This document shows, one piece after another, positions 17,866 to 30,714 of a stretch of DNA of 49,828 nucleotides. Origin of the DNA: an uncultured Bacteroidota bacterium (lineage in GTDB: Bacteria; Bacteroidota; Bacteroidia; Flavobacteriales; BACL11). Both the position numbers and the translations under genes were made by a program. Under the pieces are notes generated by a model. The model searched no databases. It was not told the origin of the DNA and saw only the letters and a program-made list of their open reading frames with translations. How positions within the stretch are numbered: the stretch's first letter is position 1; each line of letters opens with the position of its first letter. The stretch lies in assembly GCA_902533655.1 (NCBI GenBank), contig CACAMX010000003.1, positions 1-49,828 of the forward strand, written 5' to 3'.

Positions 17866-20800
17866 TTATTTTTCATTTAATAATTCGTTAACTTCTTCTT
17901 CAATTTCAAATTCATTATTAAATTCGATTTTCGAACCTACAAGAATCTCATCAGCATGAACCATTCCTGTACCTGCGGGAATTTTCTTTCCGACAATGAC
18001 ATTTTCTTTAAGTCCTTTTAGTGTGTCTCTCTTTGCATTTATTGCAGCTTCATTTAAAACTTTAGTTGTTTGTTGAAAAGAGGCAGCTGAGATCCAACTA
18101 TCAGTTTGTAGTGAAGCTCTTGTAATACCTTGCAAAACAGGTTTTGAAACAGCAGGAGTGACATCTCTAGAAACAACGAGTTTTAAATCATCTCTCTTTA
18201 GTCTTGAGTTTTCCTCTCTAAGTTTTCTTGAATCAATAATTTGACCTACTTTAAGGTTATTTGAATCACCTGAGTCAACAACATATTTTTTTCCAAAAAT
18301 AGAATCATTATATTCCATAAAATCATCCTTGGAAATAAGTTGCTTTTCAAGAAATATTGTATCTCCTGAATCAGTTATCTCAACTTTTCTTAACATTTGC
18401 CTTACTAATACTTCAAAGTGCTTATCATTAATCTTAACACCCTGAAGTCTATAAACATCTTGAATTTCATTTACGATATATTCTTGTACAGCAGTAACTC
18501 CTTTTATTGAAAGGATATCAGACGGTGTAACTACACCATCACATAAAGGAGTACCTGCTTTCACAAAATCATTTTCTTGAACTAAAATATGCCTAGAAAG
18601 TTTAATTAGATATTTTTTTATTTCATTACTTTTAGATGTAATTATTATTTCTTTGTTTCCTCTTTTAATCTTGCCGAAACTTACAATACCATCAATCTCA
18701 GAAACAACTGCAGGATTTGATGGATTTCTAGCTTCAAACATTTCAGTTACTCTGGGTAATCCTCCTGTAATGTCTCCTGATGCATTTGCAGATCTAGGCA
18801 TCTTAGCAATAATAGTTCCTGCCTTTATTTTCTCTTTCTCAGAAACAATTACATGTGCTCCTACCGGAACGTTGTAAGTCCTATTATCCTTTTTTTCAAC
18901 TACTGATATTGAGGGTGATAAAGTCTTAGATCTGCTATCAATAATAACTTTTTCCTTGTAACCTGTTTGCTCATCAGATTCAACTCTGTATGTAGTACCT
19001 TCAATAATGTCTCCAAAGGTGACTTTTCCATCTATCTCAGAAATTATAAGTGCGTTATATGGATCCCATTCACAAATTTTTTGACCAATCTTAACATCTC
19101 CTTCTTTGATATGTATTGTAGAGCCGTATGGGATAACATGTGATGCTAAGACATTTCCATATTGCTTATCTAAAAATCTTAATTCTGCTGTTCTACTAAT
19201 TACTATCTCAATTTTTTTTCCATTTTCATCTTTAGTGTTTACTGTCTTTAAATCATCGATTTGAACTAAACAATCAGATTTAGCAGTAATGTTAGCATCA
19301 ACTTCAGACCTTGATGCTGTTCCTCCAACATGAAAGGTCCTTAATGTAAGCTGTGTTCCAGGCTCACCAATTGATTGTGCTGCCACAATTCCTATAGGTT
19401 CACCTGTTTGTGCTAATCTAGCAGATCCTAAACTAACACCATAACACTTAGCACATATCCCTCTCTTACTTTGACATGTGAGTGCAGACCTAACTTCTAT
19501 TGAATCATATCCAGAATCTTCAATTAAAATTGCACTGTTTTCATCAATAATTTCACCAGCAGGCAATACACTTCCATCGATTGGAACATCATTTAACAAA
19601 GTTCTACCAATAATTCTATCTTTCAAAGACTCTATTACCTCTTGATTATTTTTTAAAGAACTTACTTCTATTCCACGAAGTGTTCCACAATCATTTTCAA
19701 CAACAATCACATCTTGCGCAACATCTACTAATCTTCTAGTCAAATAACCCGCGTCCGCTGTTTTTAAAGCAGTATCCGCAAGACCTTTTCTAGCACCATG
19801 CGTTGAAATGAAATATTCTAAAATTGACAAACCTTCGCTAAAATTAGTTACAATTGGATTTTCAATAATTGACTCTCCATGATCACCCGATTTTTTTGGT
19901 TTTGCCATGAGACCTCTCATACCTGAAAGCTGTCTTATTTGCTCTTTGGAGCCTCTGGCGCCAGAATCAAGCATCATGTAAACAGAATTAAATCCTTGTT
20001 TATCAGAACTAATTTTTGACATAACAGTCTCAGTTAGTCTAGCATTTGTATTTGTCCAAACATCGATAACCTGATTGTATCTCTCATTGTTAGTAATAAA
20101 ACCCATTTGATAGTTTGATTTTATTTCATCAACTTGGTTGTTAGCTTTATTTATTAGCTCTTCTTTTTCATCAGGAACAATAACATCTCCCAAATTAAAA
20201 GATAATCCACCTTTAAAAGCCATCTCAAATCCTGCTTTCTTAATTTTATCCAAAAAGAACACAGTATCAGCAACTCCAAACTTATCGAGAATATCGCCAA
20301 TGATTGATCTGAGTGATTTTTTTGTCAGTAACTCATTAACAAAGTCTGCACCCTCAGGCAATAGTTCATTAAATAATGACCTACCCACTGTTGTTTCAAT
20401 AATTATTTTCTTGTATCTTAATTTGATAATAGCATGTAAATCAACTTTCTTTTCATTATATGCAATTCTAACCTCTTGAGGTGAATAAAATGTAATGCCT
20501 TCACCTTTTACTTTTACTTCATCAGTAGATTTTTTACTTTTTGTCATGTAATACAATCCAAGAACCATATCTTGTGAAGGAACAGTAATTGGAGCTCCAT
20601 TAGCAGGGTTAAGAATATTGTGCGAGGCTAACATCAACATTTGTGCTTCAAGTATTGCAGCGGAACCAAGTGGTAAATGAACAGCCATTTGATCACCATC
20701 AAAATCAGCATTAAATGCTGTACATACCAAAGGATGGAGTTGGATAGCCTTTCCTTCAATCATTTTGGGTTGAAATGCTTGTATACCTAATCTGTGTAAT

Positions 20801-22137
20801 GTTGGAGCTCTGTTTAAAAGTACTGGATGTCCTTTCATTACGTTCTCTAAAATATCCCAAACAACAGCTTCTCTAGAGTCAACAATTTTTTTTGCAGTTT
20901 TTACAGTTTTAACAATCCCTCTTTCGATGAGCTTTCTAATAATAAATGGTTTATATAATTCAGCTGCCATTTCTTTAGGAATACCACATTCATGCATTTC
21001 TAACTCAGGACCAACTACAATAACAGACCTTGCAGAATAGTCAACTCTCTTTCCTAATAAATTTTGTCTAAATCTTCCTTGCTTTCCTTTAAGTGAATCT
21101 GACAAAGATTTGAGTGCCCTATTACCATCTGCTTTGACAGCAGATGATTTTCTTGAGTTATCAAAGAGTGCATCTACAGATTCTTGTAACATTCTTTTCT
21201 CATTTCTGAGTATTATATCTGGTGCATTTATTTCCATTAACCTTTTAAGCCTGTTATTTCTGATTATAACTCTTCTATACAGATCGTTTAAGTCAGAAGT
21301 TGCGAATCTACCGCCATCAAGAGGCACAAGTGGTCTTAGCTCGGGTGGGATAACTGGTATTACCTTGATAGTCATCCATTCTGGTCGATTTTCAGAGTGG
21401 CTGTTAGCATCTCTGAACGCTTCAACAACTTGTAGTCTTTTTAATGCTTCAGCTTTTCTTTGCTGTGAAGTTTCTGTATTTGCTCTATCTCTAAGCTCGT
21501 ATGATAGCAAATCAAGATCTAACCTAGCTAACAAATCATGTATTGCTTCAGCACCCATTTTTGCAATAAACTTGCTTGGGTCTTCATCGGATAAATATTG
21601 ATTTTCAGCAGGTAATTTATCTAAAATATTTAGGTACTCTTCTTCAGTTAGAAAGTCCATTTTTTTGATTTCTTCACCTTCTTCATTAGTAATACCATCT
21701 ACAGTTTGTATCACAACATATCTTTCATAGTAGACAATCATGTCTAACTTTTTGGAAGGAAGACCAAGAAGATAACCTATTTTATTGGGAAGTGTTCTGA
21801 AATACCAAATGTGTGCAACAGGTACAACTAGATTAATATGTCCTATCCTTTGTCTTCTTACCTTCTTTTCAGTTACTTCAACTCCACATCTATCGCAAAT
21901 TATACCTCTATATCTAATTCTCTTGTATTTACCACAATGACATTCATAGTCTTTTGTTGGCCCAAAAACCCTTTCACAAAAAAGTCCACCAATTTCTGGC
22001 TTGTATGTTCTATAATTTATTGTTTCAGGTTTAACAACCTCACCATGAGATTTTGCTAAAACGTCTTCAGGTGATGACAAACTAATTTTTAATGTTGTAA
22101 AATCAAGATTTTGAGAATTGTTTTTTATATTTTTCAT
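17866..22137 (-). CDS. rpoC: RNA polymerase beta' subunit
   Basis: Zn finger CHCGKY...CDRC, NADFDGD active site, [13 protein letters not shown]. Confidence 0.99.
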   Translation of the reverse strand: MKNIKNNSQNLDFTTLKISLSSPEDVLAKSHGEVVKPETINYRTYKPEIGGLFCERVFGPTKDYECHCGKYKRIRYRGIICDRCGVEVTEKKVRRQRIGHINLVVPVAHIWYFRTLPNKIGYLLGLPSKKLDMIVYYERYVVIQTVDGITNEEGEEIKKMDFLTEEEYLNILDKLPAENQYLSDEDPSKFIAKMGAEAIHDLLARLDLDLLSYELRDRANTETSQQRKAEALKRLQVVEAFRDANSHSENRPEWMTIKVIPVIPPELRPLVPLDGGRFATSDLNDLYRRVIIRNNRLKRLMEINAPDIILRNEKRMLQESVDALFDNSRKSSAVKADGNRALKSLSDSLKGKQGRFRQNLLGKRVDYSARSVIVVGPELEMHECGIPKEMAAELYKPFIIRKLIERGIVKTVKTAKKIVDSREAVVWDILENVMKGHPVLLNRAPTLHRLGIQAFQPKMIEGKAIQLHPLVCTAFNADFDGDQMAVHLPLGSAAILEAQMLMLASHNILNPANGAPITVPSQDMVLGLYYMTKSKKSTDEVKVKGEGITFYSPQEVRIAYNEKKVDLHAIIKLRYKKIIIETTVGRSLFNELLPEGADFVNELLTKKSLRSIIGDILDKFGVADTVFFLDKIKKAGFEMAFKGGLSFNLGDVIVPDEKEELINKANNQVDEIKSNYQMGFITNNERYNQVIDVWTNTNARLTETVMSKISSDKQGFNSVYMMLDSGARGSKEQIRQLSGMRGLMAKPKKSGDHGESIIENPIVTNFSEGLSILEYFISTHGARKGLADTALKTADAGYLTRRLVDVAQDVIVVENDCGTLRGIEVSSLKNNQEVIESLKDRIIGRTLLNDVPIDGSVLPAGEIIDENSAILIEDSGYDSIEVRSALTCQSKRGICAKCYGVSLGSARLAQTGEPIGIVAAQSIGEPGTQLTLRTFHVGGTASRSEVDANITAKSDCLVQIDDLKTVNTKDENGKKIEIVISRTAELRFLDKQYGNVLASHVIPYGSTIHIKEGDVKIGQKICEWDPYNALIISEIDGKVTFGDIIEGTTYRVESDEQTGYKEKVIIDSRSKTLSPSISVVEKKDNRTYNVPVGAHVIVSEKEKIKAGTIIAKMPRSANASGDITGGLPRVTEMFEARNPSNPAVVSEIDGIVSFGKIKRGNKEIIITSKSNEIKKYLIKLSRHILVQENDFVKAGTPLCDGVVTPSDILSIKGVTAVQEYIVNEIQDVYRLQGVKINDKHFEVLVRQMLRKVEITDSGDTIFLEKQLISKDDFMEYNDSIFGKKYVVDSGDSNNLKVGQIIDSRKLREENSRLKRDDLKLVVSRDVTPAVSKPVLQGITRASLQTDSWISAASFQQTTKVLNEAAINAKRDTLKGLKENVIVGKKIPAGTGMVHADEILVGSKIEFNNEFEIEEEVNELLNEK

Positions 22138-22147
22138 TTATTAATTT

Positions 22148-25100
22148 TTATTCAAATGATACTTTCAATCCAAGTCCATTAAGTTCATGTAATAGAACAT
22201 TAAATGATTCTGGGATATTCGCAACTGGCAGCTCTTTACCTTTGACGATACTTTCAAATGTTTTTGCTCTTCCAGTAACATCGTCAGATTTTAATGTTAA
22301 CATTTCTTGTAGAATATTTGATGCTCCGTAACCCTCTAATGCCCAAACCTCCATCTCACCTAATCTCTGACCACCAAACTGAGCCTTTCCACCTAGGGGT
22401 TGTTGAGTAATTAGTGAGTAAGGTCCAATTGATCTAGCATGCATTTTATCATCAATAAGATGACCAAGTTTAAGCATGTAAATAACACCAACAGTTGCAG
22501 GTTGCTCAAACTTTTCTCCTGTTCCACCATCAAATAAATAGGTTTGCCCAAGTCTAGGTAGCTTAGCTTCATCTGTCTCAATGTTTATTTGATCAATAGT
22601 AGCACCATCAAAAACTGGAGTAAAGTATTTCTTGTTTAATTTCAGTCCAGCCCATCCTAGAATGGTTTCATAAATTTGTCCGAGATTCATCCTAGATGGA
22701 ACTCCTAGGGGGTTCAAGATAATATCAACAGGTGTTCCATCATCCAAATATGGCATATCTTCATCTCGAACAACTCTTGATACTATACCTTTATTTCCAT
22801 GCCTACCTGCAAGTTTGTCACCAACTTTAACTTTTCTCTTTTTTGCAACTTGAACTTTAGCGAGTTGTAATACACCTTTTGGTAATTCATCACCAACAGT
22901 TATTGAAAATAGATCTCTTCTATAATCTCCATAAACTTCATTGTATTTTCTAACATAGTTCTGAATGAGTAGTTTGACTAAATTATTGTTGTCGTCTTTC
23001 ATAGTCCACAAGTCAGGATCTACAATTAAATAGTTAACATCTGTGAGTATTTTCTTTGTAAATTTTACACTTTTTTCAATGACAACTTCACCTAAGATAT
23101 TTTTAACACCTCTTGTAGCCTTTCCACCTATTACAGAGTAAAGTTTTGAAACCAACAAAGACTTCAAATCCTTGGTTGTTGATTTAAATGAATTCTCAAT
23201 AGCTTCAACTTTTTCTTTGTCGTATTCTCTATCTTTTTTGGTTTTTAAAGATTTCGAAAATAAAGACTTGCTGATTACAACACCTTGATGCGATGGCTTT
23301 GCTTTTAACGAAGCATCTTTTACATCACCAGCTTTTTCTCCAAATATAGCTCTCAAAAGCTTTTCTTCAGGTGTTGGATCTGATTCTCCTTTCGGCGTTA
23401 TTTTACCAATTAAAATATCTCCTGTTTTAATTTTAGTTCCAACCCTAATCATTCCATTTTCATCTAAATCTTTTGTTGCAATTTCACTAATGTTAGGGAT
23501 GTCGGCAGTTAATTCTTCAGCTCCCCTTTTAGTTTCTCTTACACTTACTGAATGTTCTTCAATGTGTAAAGAAGTAAATAAATCTTCTCTTACAACTCTT
23601 TCAGATAAAACTATAGCATCCTCAAAATTATATCCTTTCCAAGGCATGAATGCCACTTTCAAATTTCTTCCAATTGCTAACTCACCATTTTCTGTTGCGT
23701 AACCTTCACATAAAACTTGCCCTTTTTTTATTTTATCTCCAACTCTGACTATTGGTCTAATGTTTATACAAGTATTCTGGTTGGTTTTTTTAAACTTGGT
23801 AAGAAAATAATCTTTTTCTAGACTATCAAAACTTATTAATTCTTCATCTTTATTTTTTTTGTATTTAACACTAATTTTATTAGCATCAACATAAGTAACC
23901 TCACCACTTCCTTCAGCATTAATTAGAGTTCTTGAGTCTTTGGCAACATGAGGTTCTAAACCTGTTCCTACAATTGGAGCTTCAGTTTTTAGCAGGGGAA
24001 CCGCTTGTCTCATCATGTTAGAGCCCATTAGTGCTCTATTTGCATCATCATGCTCTAAAAATGGTATAAGTGACGCGGCTATAGACGCAATTTGATTTGG
24101 AGCAACATCCATTAAGTCTACATTATCTGGTTCAGTCACCATATAATCTGACTCTTTTCTAGACTTTATTCTACTAGACATAAAGTTTCCATTGTTGTCT
24201 AATGGGGCGTTTGCTTGAGCTATTATTTTATTTTCTTCTTCTTCGGCGCTAATGTATTTAGGTTCTGAATGCATATCAACTTTACCTTTAATTAAGGTTC
24301 TGTATGGGGTTTCAATAAAACCCAATTTATTGACCTTTGCGTAAACGCAAAGAGATGAAATAAGTCCAATGTTAGGACCCTCGGGTGTTTCAATTGGACA
24401 TAATCTACCATAATGTGTATAGTGAACATCTCTTACCTCAAAACCAGCTCTTTCTCTTGAGAGGCCACCGGGTCCTAAAGCAGAAACTCTTCTTTTGTGA
24501 GTTACTTCAGCCAGAGGATTTGTTTGATCCATAAATTGGGACAACTGACTTGTTCCAAAGAAAGAATTAATTACTGAAGATAAAGTTTTTGCATTAATTA
24601 AATCAATTGGTGTAAACACTTCATTATCTCTGACATTCATTCTCTCTCTTATTGTTCTTGCCATTCTATTTAACCCCACAGTGAATTGAGAAGATAACTG
24701 TTCTCCTACTGTTCTAACTCTCCTGTTTGATAAATGATCTATGTCGTCGACATCAACTTTTGAGTTAACAAGATGAATTAGGTTTTTGATAATCGATACA
24801 ATATCTTCATTTGTTAGTACATGCTTCTCTAAGTCTATATCAAGTTTGAGTCTCTTGTTAATCCTGTATCTTCCTACATGGCCAAGACTATACCTTTGAT
24901 CAGAAAAAAATAATTTATCAATTATTCCCCTAGCAGTTTCATCGTCAGGTGCCTCAGCAGACCTTAGTTGTCTGTAAATATGACGAATTGCTTCGATTTC
25001 TGAATTCGAAGGATCTTTCTGTAATGTATTATGAATAAGAGAGTGGTCAGCAATATCATTGTCTGACTTGTGAAGTAATATTGTCTCGCAACCAGAATTA

Positions 25101-25957
25101 ATTATCTCATCAACATGACTATTTTCTAAGATGATATCTCTATCGAGGATTACTTCGTTTCTTTCAATTGGCACAAGTTCTCCTGTATCCTCGTCAACAA
25201 AATCATCAACCCATGATTTTAGCACTCTTGCCGCTAACTTTCTACCAATTACCCTCTTTAATCCACTCTTCGTTACTTTAACTTCATCAGCTAGATCAAA
25301 TATTTCTAGTATATCTCTATCGCTTTCAAAGCCAATAGCACGAAGTAATGTTGTAACAGGCAACTTCTTCTTTCTATCAATGTATGCATACATGACGTTG
25401 TTTATGTCAGTAGTGAACTCAATCCAAGAACCCTTGAACGGAATTACTCTTGCAGAATATAGCTTAGTACCATTAGAATGAAAGCTTTGACCAAAGAACA
25501 CGCCAGGTGATCTGTGTAATTGTGATACAACAACTCTTTCAGCACCATTTATTAAGAACGTCCCTTTAGGGGTCATAATTGGTATATTACCAAAATAAAC
25601 ATCTTGAACAATTGTTTCAAAATCCTCATGATCAGGGTCTGTACAATAGAGCTTGAGCTTTACTTTTAATGGAACCTTGAATGTCAAACCCCTTTCAATG
25701 CATTCCTCGATGTTGTATCTAGGAGGGTCAATAGTATAATCTACAAATTCAAGAACAAAATTATTTCTTGAATCAGTAATGGGAAAAAGTTCTTGAAAGG
25801 TTTTGTATAACCCCTCTTGTTTTCTTTCTTCCAAAGTTGTTCCAATCTTAAAGAAAGACTGAAAACTCTTAAGTTGAATGTCAAGGAAATCAGGGTAATC
25901 AACAATTGAGGAAATTTTAGCAAAATTAGTTCTATCTTTAGAGGTATATTTTTTCAA
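22148..25957 (-). CDS. rpoB: RNA polymerase beta subunit
   Basis: [40 protein letters not shown]; TTG start. Confidence 0.99.
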   Translation of the reverse strand: MKKYTSKDRTNFAKISSIVDYPDFLDIQLKSFQSFFKIGTTLEERKQEGLYKTFQELFPITDSRNNFVLEFVDYTIDPPRYNIEECIERGLTFKVPLKVKLKLYCTDPDHEDFETIVQDVYFGNIPIMTPKGTFLINGAERVVVSQLHRSPGVFFGQSFHSNGTKLYSARVIPFKGSWIEFTTDINNVMYAYIDRKKKLPVTTLLRAIGFESDRDILEIFDLADEVKVTKSGLKRVIGRKLAARVLKSWVDDFVDEDTGELVPIERNEVILDRDIILENSHVDEIINSGCETILLHKSDNDIADHSLIHNTLQKDPSNSEIEAIRHIYRQLRSAEAPDDETARGIIDKLFFSDQRYSLGHVGRYRINKRLKLDIDLEKHVLTNEDIVSIIKNLIHLVNSKVDVDDIDHLSNRRVRTVGEQLSSQFTVGLNRMARTIRERMNVRDNEVFTPIDLINAKTLSSVINSFFGTSQLSQFMDQTNPLAEVTHKRRVSALGPGGLSRERAGFEVRDVHYTHYGRLCPIETPEGPNIGLISSLCVYAKVNKLGFIETPYRTLIKGKVDMHSEPKYISAEEEENKIIAQANAPLDNNGNFMSSRIKSRKESDYMVTEPDNVDLMDVAPNQIASIAASLIPFLEHDDANRALMGSNMMRQAVPLLKTEAPIVGTGLEPHVAKDSRTLINAEGSGEVTYVDANKISVKYKKNKDEELISFDSLEKDYFLTKFKKTNQNTCINIRPIVRVGDKIKKGQVLCEGYATENGELAIGRNLKVAFMPWKGYNFEDAIVLSERVVREDLFTSLHIEEHSVSVRETKRGAEELTADIPNISEIATKDLDENGMIRVGTKIKTGDILIGKITPKGESDPTPEEKLLRAIFGEKAGDVKDASLKAKPSHQGVVISKSLFSKSLKTKKDREYDKEKVEAIENSFKSTTKDLKSLLVSKLYSVIGGKATRGVKNILGEVVIEKSVKFTKKILTDVNYLIVDPDLWTMKDDNNNLVKLLIQNYVRKYNEVYGDYRRDLFSITVGDELPKGVLQLAKVQVAKKRKVKVGDKLAGRHGNKGIVSRVVRDEDMPYLDDGTPVDIILNPLGVPSRMNLGQIYETILGWAGLKLNKKYFTPVFDGATIDQINIETDEAKLPRLGQTYLFDGGTGEKFEQPATVGVIYMLKLGHLIDDKMHARSIGPYSLITQQPLGGKAQFGGQRLGEMEVWALEGYGASNILQEMLTLKSDDVTGRAKTFESIVKGKELPVANIPESFNVLLHELNGLGLKVSFE

Positions 25958-26029
25958 TTTTTTTTTTGGTTTTTGTTAGAAATTTTATTGATAGTTTACT
26001 CAAAAATAATTAAGAGTTGTTAAGTTGAA

Positions 26030-26413
26030 CTACTTTAATTCAACCTCAGCTCCGGCATCTTCTAAAGCTTTCTTTACTCCTTCTGCTTCTTCTTTACTAA
26101 CACCTTCTTTCACTGCTTTTGGAGCGCTATCAACTATTTCCTTAGCCTCTTTTAAACCAAGTCCAGTTAACTCTTTAACTGCTTTCACAACTTGCAATTT
26201 TGAACCACCGGCTGCTTTTAATATAATATCGAATTCACTTTTTTCTTCAGCTTGGTCAGCACCACCTGCGGTAGCTCCTGGCGCTGCTGCAACTGCTACA
26301 GCTGCCGCTGCTGGTTCAATTCCATATTCTTCTTTTAATATGTTCGCTAGTTCATTTACCTCCTTTACTGAGAGATTAACTAACTTTTCTGCGAAATCTT
26401 TTATATCTGCCAT
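26030..26413 (-). CDS. rplL: 50S ribosomal protein L7/L12
   Basis: Ala-rich hinge, [27 protein letters not shown]. Confidence 0.98.
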   Translation of the reverse strand: MADIKDFAEKLVNLSVKEVNELANILKEEYGIEPAAAAVAVAAAPGATAGGADQAEEKSEFDIILKAAGGSKLQVVKAVKELTGLGLKEAKEIVDSAPKAVKEGVSKEEAEGVKKALEDAGAEVELK

Positions 26414-26453
26414 TTTTTTTGTTTTTAGTTATTATTGATTTTAATGTTATTAA

Positions 26454-26993
26454 TTATGTGGAAGCATTATTTGAAGAAGCTTTTTCTTCAATACTTTTTA
26501 ATAAATTAGATAATTTTGCATTACTAGATTTCAAAGATGCTATAACATTTTTGATTGGTGAATCTAGTAATGTAATTATATCTCCTATTAATTCTTCTTT
26601 AGACTTTAACCTGGCAAGAGCTGGTAGATGCTCATCTCCAATGTAAAATTCTTCATCTATGTGTGCTGCTTTGAGAATTGGCTTCTCGTTTTTCTTTCTA
26701 AATTCTTTTATAATTTTGGCAGGAACGCTAGCGGATTCAGAGAACATGATTGACGTATTACCATTTAGAATTTCATGTAGAGAACTGAAATCAGTTTCAT
26801 TTAAATCAAGTGCTTTTTTCAAAAGGGTATTTTTAACTACAGATAAACTAACTTCTCTTTTGTAGCAAAGCCTTCTGAGACTACTAGTTTGCTCAGCATT
26901 AAGACCAGAAATGTCAGCTAAATAAAAATTCCTGTTTTCTTTCAGGTTTTTGTCGATTAAACTTATTATTTTATTTTTTTCCTCTTTTTTCAT
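26454..26993 (-). CDS. rplJ: 50S ribosomal protein L10
   Basis: LRR.C, VVKNTL, L.SKEELIG; position between rplA and rplL. Confidence 0.96.
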   Translation of the reverse strand: MKKEEKNKIISLIDKNLKENRNFYLADISGLNAEQTSSLRRLCYKREVSLSVVKNTLLKKALDLNETDFSSLHEILNGNTSIMFSESASVPAKIIKEFRKKNEKPILKAAHIDEEFYIGDEHLPALARLKSKEELIGDIITLLDSPIKNVIASLKSSNAKLSNLLKSIEEKASSNNAST

Positions 26994-26994
26994 T

Positions 26995-27687
26995 TTATTG
27001 ATTAAAACTTGATGATTCTACAGTTATAGCATGTCCCATTGAACTTGAGATGCTTATGCTCTTAATATAGGTTCCCTTTGACGCAGAGGGCTTAAGTTTT
27101 TTGATTGTTGACAATAGCTCCTCAGCATTTTCGGAAATTTTTTTGATATCAAAAGAAACTTTGCCGATTGATGCATGAACGATTCCATTTTTATCTACTT
27201 TAAAATCTATTTTACCTTTTTTGATATCAATTATAGCTTTTCCTATTTCGTTCGTGACTGTTCCTGACTTTGGATTAGGCATTAAGCCACGTGGTCCAAG
27301 AACTTTTCCTAAAGCACCTAGCTTAGACATTGCAGATGGCATTGTAACTATAACATCAACATCTGTCCAACCATTCTTTATCTTTTTAATGTAATCTTCA
27401 AAACCTACATGATCAGCTCCTGCTTTGATCGCTTCCTCTTTTTTGTCATCAGTCACAATTGCTAAGACAGAAACTTTTTTACCAGTACCATGCGGAAGAG
27501 TAGCAACACCTCTTACCATCTGGTTTGCTTGCTTGGGATCTACTCCAAGTCTGATTGCAATATCGATTGATGCATCGAACTTTTCCATTGATGCTTCTTT
27601 TACAATTTTACTAGCTGATTTTAGGTCATAAGGAATGGAAAAATCAAACTTTTCAGTAACTTCTTTTCTATTTCTTGTTAACTTCAT
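26995..27687 (-). CDS. rplA: 50S ribosomal protein L1
   Basis: KFDAS, LGVDP, LPHGTGK, LGPRGLMPNPKSGTVT. Confidence 0.98.
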   Translation of the reverse strand: MKLTRNRKEVTEKFDFSIPYDLKSASKIVKEASMEKFDASIDIAIRLGVDPKQANQMVRGVATLPHGTGKKVSVLAIVTDDKKEEAIKAGADHVGFEDYIKKIKNGWTDVDVIVTMPSAMSKLGALGKVLGPRGLMPNPKSGTVTNEIGKAIIDIKKGKIDFKVDKNGIVHASIGKVSFDIKKISENAEELLSTIKKLKPSASKGTYIKSISISSSMGHAITVESSSFNQ

Positions 27688-27689
27688 TT

Positions 27690-28133
27690 TTAATTATTTT
27701 TCGGAAAGTTTCCTTTAACATTTATACCCATGCTTCTAGCAGTTCCAGCAACCATTTTCATAGCCGACTGAACACTAAATGCATTAAGATCATTCATTTT
27801 ATCTTCAGCTATTAATTTAACTTGATCCCATGTGACACTTCCAATTTTACTTCTATTTGGTTCGCTTGAACCTTTTGATTTTTTCATTGCTTCGAGTAGT
27901 TGAGATGCTGCTGGAGCAGTTTTAATAACAAATTCAAATGATTTGTCAGCAAATACAGTAATTACGACTGGGACAATTTTTCCAGGTTTGTCTTGCGTTC
28001 TAGCGTTAAATTGTTTGCAAAACTCCATTATGTTAACACCTTTTGCACCTAAAGCTGGTCCGACTGGTGGTGCAGGGTTTGCAGCACCACCTCGAATTTG
28101 TAATTTAATTATTCCTGAAATCTCTTTTGCCAT
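27690..28133 (-). CDS. rplK: 50S ribosomal protein L11
   Basis: [28 protein letters not shown]. Confidence 0.98.
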   Translation of the reverse strand: MAKEISGIIKLQIRGGAANPAPPVGPALGAKGVNIMEFCKQFNARTQDKPGKIVPVVITVFADKSFEFVIKTAPAASQLLEAMKKSKGSSEPNRSKIGSVTWDQVKLIAEDKMNDLNAFSVQSAMKMVAGTARSMGINVKGNFPKNN

Positions 28134-28135
28134 AA

Positions 28136-28690
28136 CTATATTTTTTCAACTTGCATAAAATTTAACTCAAGGGGTGTTTTCCTTCCAAAAATTTTTACCA
28201 TTAACTTGAGCTTTTTTCTTTGTTCATCAATCGCTTCAATTTCAGCATCAAAACTGTTGAAAGGACCATCAATTACCTTTACAATTTCACCAATGACAAA
28301 GGGTATATTAACATTTTCAACAGAAACAGCCATTTCATCAACTTTTCCAAGGATTCTATTAATCTCGCTTTTTCTCATCGGAACAGGAACTCCACCTTTT
28401 TTGGAACTTAAAAATCCCATAACCCCAGGAACTCTTCTTAGTATATGAGGCACTTCACCGACTAAATCAGCCTCAACTAACACATAACCGGGGAAAAAAT
28501 TCCTATCCTTACTTACCTTTTTGCCATTTCTGATTTGATATACTTTCTCAGTTGGCACAAGTATTTTGGAGACAAATTTACTCATTCCATTAATTTCAAC
28601 TTCTTTTTCAATTGATTCAGCTGTCTTTTTTTCTTTGCCCCCCACTACGCGAAGTACATACCAATTGTTCTGTTTAGTTTCTGTGTTCAT
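28136..28690 (-). CDS. nusG: Transcription termination/antitermination factor NusG
   Basis: [17 protein letters not shown] motif [15 protein letters not shown]. Confidence 0.97.
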   Translation of the reverse strand: MNTETKQNNWYVLRVVGGKEKKTAESIEKEVEINGMSKFVSKILVPTEKVYQIRNGKKVSKDRNFFPGYVLVEADLVGEVPHILRRVPGVMGFLSSKKGGVPVPMRKSEINRILGKVDEMAVSVENVNIPFVIGEIVKVIDGPFNSFDAEIEAIDEQRKKLKLMVKIFGRKTPLELNFMQVEKI

Positions 28691-28693
28691 AAT

Positions 28694-28888
28694 CTATACG
28701 AAAAAACTGTAATAAAAATCTAGAATGTTGCTAAATGAGGTGTCTAAGAGATATATGATAAGAGCTATGAAGACTGTTGCAATGGCGACAACTATTGAAC
28801 TATTTTGAAGATCACTCCAACTTGGCCAGGTAACCTTGTGAAGAAGTTCAGCGAAAGCTTCTTTTATGTATAATATCATTTTACTCAT
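28694..28888 (-). CDS. secE: Preprotein translocase subunit SecE
   Basis: EL.HKVTWP followed by a single TM helix; between tRNA-Trp and nusG. Confidence 0.95.
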   Translation of the reverse strand: MSKMILYIKEAFAELLHKVTWPSWSDLQNSSIVVAIATVFIALIIYLLDTSFSNILDFYYSFFV

Positions 28889-28901
28889 AAACTACTATTA
28901 G

Positions 28902-28974
28902 CACGGGTGGAGAGACTCGAACTCCCAACCAATGGTTTTGGAGACCACTACTCTACCAATTGAGCTACACCCGT
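28902..28974 (-). tRNA. tRNA-Trp(CCA)
   Basis: Cloverleaf ACGGGTG...GTGGT-CTCCAAA-ACCAT...GGGAG-TTCGAGT-CTCTC-CACCCGT-G; 3' CCA not encoded. Confidence 0.96.
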
Positions 28975-29000
28975 TTGCATTATAAACAGTTGCTTCTCCT

Positions 29001-30188
29001 TTACTTTTCAATAGAGGTAATTTGCCCTGCACCAACAGTTCTTCCACCCTCTCTAATCGCAAACCTTAATCCTTCACTCATAGCAACTGGGCTTATAAGC
29101 TCAACAGTTATCGTAAGATTATCTCCTGGCATAACCATTTCAGTACCATCGGGAAGAATTATTTCACCTGTAACATCAGTTGTTCTTAGATAAAATTGTG
29201 GTCTATACTTGTTGTGAAATGGTGTATGTCTACCTCCTTCTTCTTTCTTTAGTATATAAACTTCAGCTTTGAACTTGGTATGGGGTGTTACAGAACCAGG
29301 TTTACATATTACCATACCTCTTTTGATATCAGTTTTTTCAATTCCTCTTAGAAGAATTCCAACGTTGTCACCAGCTTCACCTCTGTCAAGAATTTTTCTG
29401 AACATTTCAACACCAGTTACTGTAGATGCTAATTTTTCAGCACCCATACCAATGATGTCTACAGCATCACCTGAGTTTGCTACCCCAGTCTCAATTCTAC
29501 CAGTTGCAACTGTTCCTCTACCAGTAATCGTAAAAACGTCTTCAATTGGCATCAGAAAGTCTTTTTGATTATCTCTAACAGGTTCAGGAATGTACTTATC
29601 TACTTCACTCATTAATTCCTCTACTTTTGAAGTCCATTCTGCTTCACCATTTAGTGCACCTAAAGCAGATCCAGTAATGATTGGAGCGTTGTCCCCATCA
29701 TATTCATAAAAAGATAATAATTCCCTCACCTCCATCTCAACTAATTCCATTAATTCATCATCATCAACCATATCAGCTTTGTTTAGAAAAACTACAATGG
29801 CAGGTACGCCTACTTGTCTTGCAAGTAGTATATGCTCTCTTGTTTGTGGCATTGGGCCATCAGTTGCAGCACACACTAATATGGCACCATCCATTTGGGC
29901 AGCACCAGTAACCATATTTTTTACGTAATCAGCGTGACCAGGGCAATCGACATGAGCATAGTGTCTATTGTCAGTTTCATACTCAACGTGAGATGTATTT
30001 ATTGTTATTCCTCTTTCCTTTTCCTCAGGTGCATTATCAATTGTATCAAAGTCTCTAACTTCAGCACCACCCTTGGCAGCTAGTACTTTAGTTATAGCTG
30101 CTGTAAGTGTTGTTTTACCATGATCAACATGACCAATTGTACCAATGTTTAAATGTGGTTTGGTACGATTAAAATTTTCTTTTGCCAT
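29001..30188 (-). CDS. tuf: Elongation factor Tu
   Basis: [26 protein letters not shown]. Confidence 0.99.
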   Translation of the reverse strand: MAKENFNRTKPHLNIGTIGHVDHGKTTLTAAITKVLAAKGGAEVRDFDTIDNAPEEKERGITINTSHVEYETDNRHYAHVDCPGHADYVKNMVTGAAQMDGAILVCAATDGPMPQTREHILLARQVGVPAIVVFLNKADMVDDDELMELVEMEVRELLSFYEYDGDNAPIITGSALGALNGEAEWTSKVEELMSEVDKYIPEPVRDNQKDFLMPIEDVFTITGRGTVATGRIETGVANSGDAVDIIGMGAEKLASTVTGVEMFRKILDRGEAGDNVGILLRGIEKTDIKRGMVICKPGSVTPHTKFKAEVYILKKEEGGRHTPFHNKYRPQFYLRTTDVTGEIILPDGTEMVMPGDNLTITVELISPVAMSEGLRFAIREGGRTVGAGQITSIEK

Positions 30189-30254
30189 TTTTTTTAAATT
30201 TTAATTATTAATATTTCTTTTCCAACTCTCAATCAATTCAATTTTTTCCCTCAG

Positions 30255-30326
30255 AGCCAATGACGGGAATTGAACCCGTGACCTCTTCCTTACCAAGGAA
30301 ACGCTCTACCCCTGAGCTACATCGGC
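30255..30326 (-). tRNA. tRNA-Thr(GGT)
   Basis: GCCGATG acceptor stem, anticodon loop TTGGTAA, T-arm ACGGG-TTCAATT-CCCGT. Confidence 0.95.
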
Positions 30327-30337
30327 TAAAAGCCTAG

Positions 30338-30411
30338 AGCGAGAAACGGGATTCGAACCCGCGACCCTCAGCTTGGAAGGCTGATGCTCTAGCCAACTGA
30401 GCTATTCTCGC
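30338..30411 (-). tRNA. tRNA-Gly(TCC)
   Basis: GCGAGAA acceptor stem, TCAGC-CTTCCAA-GCTGA anticodon arm. Confidence 0.96.
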
Positions 30412-30422
30412 AGTTTTTGTTG

Positions 30423-30504
30423 TGGGGAGAACAGGATTCGAACCTGTGAAGGCTAAGCCAACAGATTTACAGTCTGCCCTCGTTGACCGCTTGAGTATCT
30501 CCCC
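30423..30504 (-). tRNA. tRNA-Tyr(GTA)
   Basis: GGGGAGA acceptor stem, GCAGA-CTGTAAA-TCTGT anticodon arm, long variable arm. Confidence 0.96.
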
Positions 30505-30526
30505 AAATAAAGGAATGATAAATAAG

Positions 30527-30600
30527 AGCCGATAGAGGGACTCGAACCCACGACCTGCTGATTACAAATCAGCTGCTCTAGCCAGCTGAGCTATATCGGC
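30527..30600 (-). tRNA. tRNA-Thr(TGT)
   Basis: GCCGATA acceptor stem, GCTGA-TTTGTAA-TCAGC anticodon arm. Confidence 0.96.
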
Positions 30601-30650
30601 ATATCTACTTTCCTATCTAGTAAAAAAAGAACAAGCCCATTTAAGGTTTG

Positions 30651-30658
30651 CAAATTTA
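30651..30658 (-). promoter_or_regulatory. -7 element (TAAATTTG) of the tRNA-tuf operon
   Basis: TAAATTTGC about 50 nt upstream of tRNA-Thr(TGT). Confidence 0.6.
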
Positions 30659-30714
30659 TTAAAGTTTTGCTTACTATCACCATGTTTTACGTTTTTTTTA
30701 ACTAAAATAATTTA

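Noticed and set aside
24470-24570. Possible rifampicin-resistance substitutions in RpoB cluster I ([11 protein letters not shown])
   Set aside because: Key Q, D, H, R and S residues are intact; Ala in NPLAE is common in Bacteroidota as far as I recall.
18653-30083. Many 60-160 aa plus-strand ORFs antisense to rpoC, rpoB, rpl genes and tuf
   Set aside because: Shadow ORFs expected from codon bias of conserved genes; no recognisable motifs.
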